Part shown: one piece after another, positions 61,581 to 64,000 of the stretch
How positions within the stretch are numbered: position 1 is the first letter of the stretch
Layout of the letters: every line of letters starts with the position of its first letter
Assembly: GCA_035515395.1 (NCBI GenBank)
Contig: DATJBJ010000083.1
Span: 25-64,024 of the forward strand
Source of the DNA: Methanoregula sp.
GTDB taxonomy: Archaea > Halobacteriota > Methanomicrobia > Methanomicrobiales > Methanospirillaceae
Direction of reading: 5' to 3'
Length of the DNA stretch: 64,000 bases
Translations under genes and position numbers: made by a program
The notes under the pieces: generated by a model
Told to the model about the DNA's origin: nothing
Seen by the model: only the letters and a program-made list of their open reading frames with translations
Database searches by the model: none

Positions 61581-62267
61581 TTACACTTCGCTGTAGAGTA
61601 CATCGAATTCGGATACCAGATTGCTTCCGCACATATAATAGTTCTTGAGGTTGAGGCGGATCATCTCCTCTTCGCTGTTGATGTGCATTCCGCCGACGAG
61701 CGACGGCGTGTCCGAACCCCCCACGATGAACGGGAGGTGGATCAGTCGGATCTCATCGACGAGCCGGTCGTGGAGCATGTGCCAGTTCAGGGTCGGCCCG
61801 CCCTCGATCATCAGCTTGTTCACCGCGAACTTCTCTTTGAGGATCTTCATGAGAAGCGGGAGCTCGACATGCTCCTTTCCCGCGGTGACGACATGAACCC
61901 CCTTTGCCCGGATCGCAGCAACGCGGTCTTCGGGCGCCGCCTCGCAGACCGCGATGAGCGTCGGTGCGTCGGGTCCGAGCACGTTCCGGTCCAGCGGCAG
62001 GTCCGCCATGCTGCAGGGGATGACGCGGAGGGGGCTCTTCCCCGGAACCAGCCGGACCGTCAGGTACGAGTTGTCGATCCGGATGGTGTTGGCGCCAACC
62101 ATAATGGCGTCGTACTCCGCCCGGGTGTGGTGGAGGAGGAGCTCCGTCTCGTGCGCCATGTACTTCATCAGGATCTTGCTTGAGGCGCCCTTCTTGAGCG
62201 TGAGCTTGCCATCGGCGGTGATCTCCGACATCATGAGCACGTGCGGGCGGTTTTTCTGGTCTGCCAT
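61581..62267 (-). CDS. RibD C-terminal/DHFR-like pyrimidine reductase family protein
   Basis: TADGK, DAIMVGANTI..DN..LTVR, LMIEGG.TLN, LVDEI. Confidence 0.88.
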   Translation of the reverse strand: MADQKNRPHVLMMSEITADGKLTLKKGASSKILMKYMAHETELLLHHTRAEYDAIMVGANTIRIDNSYLTVRLVPGKSPLRVIPCSMADLPLDRNVLGPDAPTLIAVCEAAPEDRVAAIRAKGVHVVTAGKEHVELPLLMKILKEKFAVNKLMIEGGPTLNWHMLHDRLVDEIRLIHLPFIVGGSDTPSLVGGMHINSEEEMIRLNLKNYYMCGSNLVSEFDVLYSEV

Positions 62268-62410
62268 GTTTCTGGTCTCTTGGGGTACCATTGGGTGGCG
62301 GGAATAATAAAGTGGCGACCGGAAGCGCGACCGGAGGCGCGGCCGGAAAGGGCCGGACATCGCGGAATGTACAGCAACTATTATTGTCAGGGGTTTCCAA
62401 GATTTACGGT

Positions 62411-63043
62411 ATGAATATAACTGCACTCCGGCCGAGGTTCATCGGGTATCTCGAACCGGTCGCAGATGTCTTTGTCAGGCTTCGGATCACGCCGAACCAG
62501 ATTTCGCTCCTTGCTCTTCTCGCCGGCATCGCTGCAGCCGCACTCTTCTCCGGCCGCCAGTTCACCTGGGGGAGCCTCGCCCTTCTCATCTCCGCAGTCT
62601 TCGATCTCATCGATGGGAGCGTGGCACGGAAGACCAATGCCCACACCGACTTCGGGGCGGTCTTCGACTGGATCGTGGACAAGTACGTCGACGCCCTCGT
62701 CATTGCCGGTGTCGGGCTCTCCGGGATCGCCGTCGTCAGCCAGTATTACCCCCTCCCACCGGTAGCAGATTTTGCCGTTGTCGCCTTCGCTATCACCGGC
62801 TCGCTGATGAATACCTTCATCAAGCCGGTCACCTACGCCGAGATCGGGTACCGGGAGAAGGTGGAGGGAAAGATCGATGACCCGCTCGAAGGGGTCGGGT
62901 TTTTCGGCCGGCCGGAGACCCTCCTCGTCCTCATCGTCGGCGGGATAACCGGCTTCATCGGGATAGCGGTCGCCATCATCGCGGTCTGCACGAACCTCTC
63001 CGCGATCCAGCGGATCATCTACCTGTACCGGACGCTCTCCTGA
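62411..63043 (+). CDS. CDP-alcohol phosphatidyltransferase (archaetidyl-headgroup synthase)
   Basis: TPNQIS, D..DG..AR......FGA..D...D motif. Confidence 0.92.
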   Translation: MNITALRPRFIGYLEPVADVFVRLRITPNQISLLALLAGIAAAALFSGRQFTWGSLALLISAVFDLIDGSVARKTNAHTDFGAVFDWIVDKYVDALVIAGVGLSGIAVVSQYYPLPPVADFAVVAFAITGSLMNTFIKPVTYAEIGYREKVEGKIDDPLEGVGFFGRPETLLVLIVGGITGFIGIAVAIIAVCTNLSAIQRIIYLYRTLS

Positions 63044-63120
63044 CTCACCCCGGGTTCCGGGTTCTGCCGCCGGGGAAAGAAGGTGAGAAGTTTTTTTAAG
63101 GCCGCCGTTTCACCCGGACG

Positions 63121-63999
63121 TCACGGCTTACGCTGGAACGCACACCGGAGTTCGCCGACGTATAACTGGTACAGGTCGTCAGCGAAATCGCCGAGTTTCG
63201 GGATGAGCGAGAAGAGGCCGTACGCGATGACCACCAGCGCGACCAGCGCGGTGAGCTCGGCGATGACATTGTGGGCCCAGAAGAAGCTCTCGTATCCGGG
63301 CTCGCCGTTGCCCGCGATGGACGGGTAGATGGGGAACCACTGCTCCGTGTAGGCGATGATCACGAAGACGTTCCGGAGCAGGTTCAGGATATAGATCGTC
63401 GGCGCGACGATCAGGAACGCGTAGATCTTCTGCTTCAGGGTGGTCGGCACGGCTGCAGCAATGCCGAGCATGATCGCGATGCTCTGGATCCCGGTGCAGC
63501 CGAGGATGATCTGCACGCTGTACCCGTTCCGGGTGATCGTGTCGCGGATCATGCTGCCGCAAGCCGAAGGGTCGAGGGTGTGGAGGGTGGCCGGGTTCAT
63601 GCAGGTGACCGAGACGGCGAAGTGAAGGGCGTCGAGCAGCCAGACGACCTGGCTGACGACGAGCGAGATGAGCCAGTCGCCCATCCAGGCAAAGGCGGGG
63701 ATCTCGGAGAAGCCGAACGGGGCGTAGATGAGAAACGCGACGGCAGCGGCCCGCGAGAGGTTGATGACCCGCGGGTCTTCTGCGAGGAGCTGGCGTGCGG
63801 TGATGAGGAGGAAGGGGACGGAGAGCGCCGCGATGAGGGGATAGATGAAGTTGTTCTCCTGGAAAAATTCACCGAGCTGGGTGAACAGGGTGAGGACGAT
63901 GAAGACCCAGCCGAAGATAGCCGCATATTTCCGGTGGGAACCGGGCACCAGGAACGCTAAAAACCCGATACAGGAGAGCGGAACCAGGTACTCGATCAT
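63121..63999 (-). CDS. artA: archaeosortase A
   Basis: LIYAPF, IILGCTGIQS, IYILNLLRN.F, SFFWAHN. Confidence 0.92.
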   Translation of the reverse strand: MIEYLVPLSCIGFLAFLVPGSHRKYAAIFGWVFIVLTLFTQLGEFFQENNFIYPLIAALSVPFLLITARQLLAEDPRVINLSRAAAVAFLIYAPFGFSEIPAFAWMGDWLISLVVSQVVWLLDALHFAVSVTCMNPATLHTLDPSACGSMIRDTITRNGYSVQIILGCTGIQSIAIMLGIAAAVPTTLKQKIYAFLIVAPTIYILNLLRNVFVIIAYTEQWFPIYPSIAGNGEPGYESFFWAHNVIAELTALVALVVIAYGLFSLIPKLGDFADDLYQLYVGELRCAFQRKP

Positions 64000-64000
64000 T

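Overview
Core-chromosome segment of a methanogenic archaeon, most likely Methanomicrobiales (Methanoregula/Methanolinea-like). This is inferred from carS, methanogenesis marker 14, fae-hps, archaeosortase A, an intron-containing tRNA-Trp and archaeal TATA/leaderless starts. Housekeeping blocks (carS-pyrE-purD-argF, argG, carAB, pth2-truD, sppA, artA) flank accessory-type genes: a glutaredoxin/ferredoxin:disulfide reductase pair, a DtxR-family regulator with a cluster A-I metal ABC importer, two VIT1/CCC1 exporters, PAS/REC signalling proteins, a FIST-histidine kinase pair, flavin oxidoreductases and an ABC-2 exporter. I found no transposase, integrase, CRISPR array or rRNA. Features missing from the ORF track are a beta-carbonic anhydrase pseudogene, a Zn-ribbon microprotein operon, tRNA-Trp with a 155-nt box C/D intron carrying an expanded D'-C' insert, and a nested 30-bp palindrome. 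The least explained locus is at about 56.0-56.46 kb: an array of ~33-bp A-tract repeats split by a GC-rich multi-hairpin element. All assignments come from motif recognition by eye; no database searches were run.
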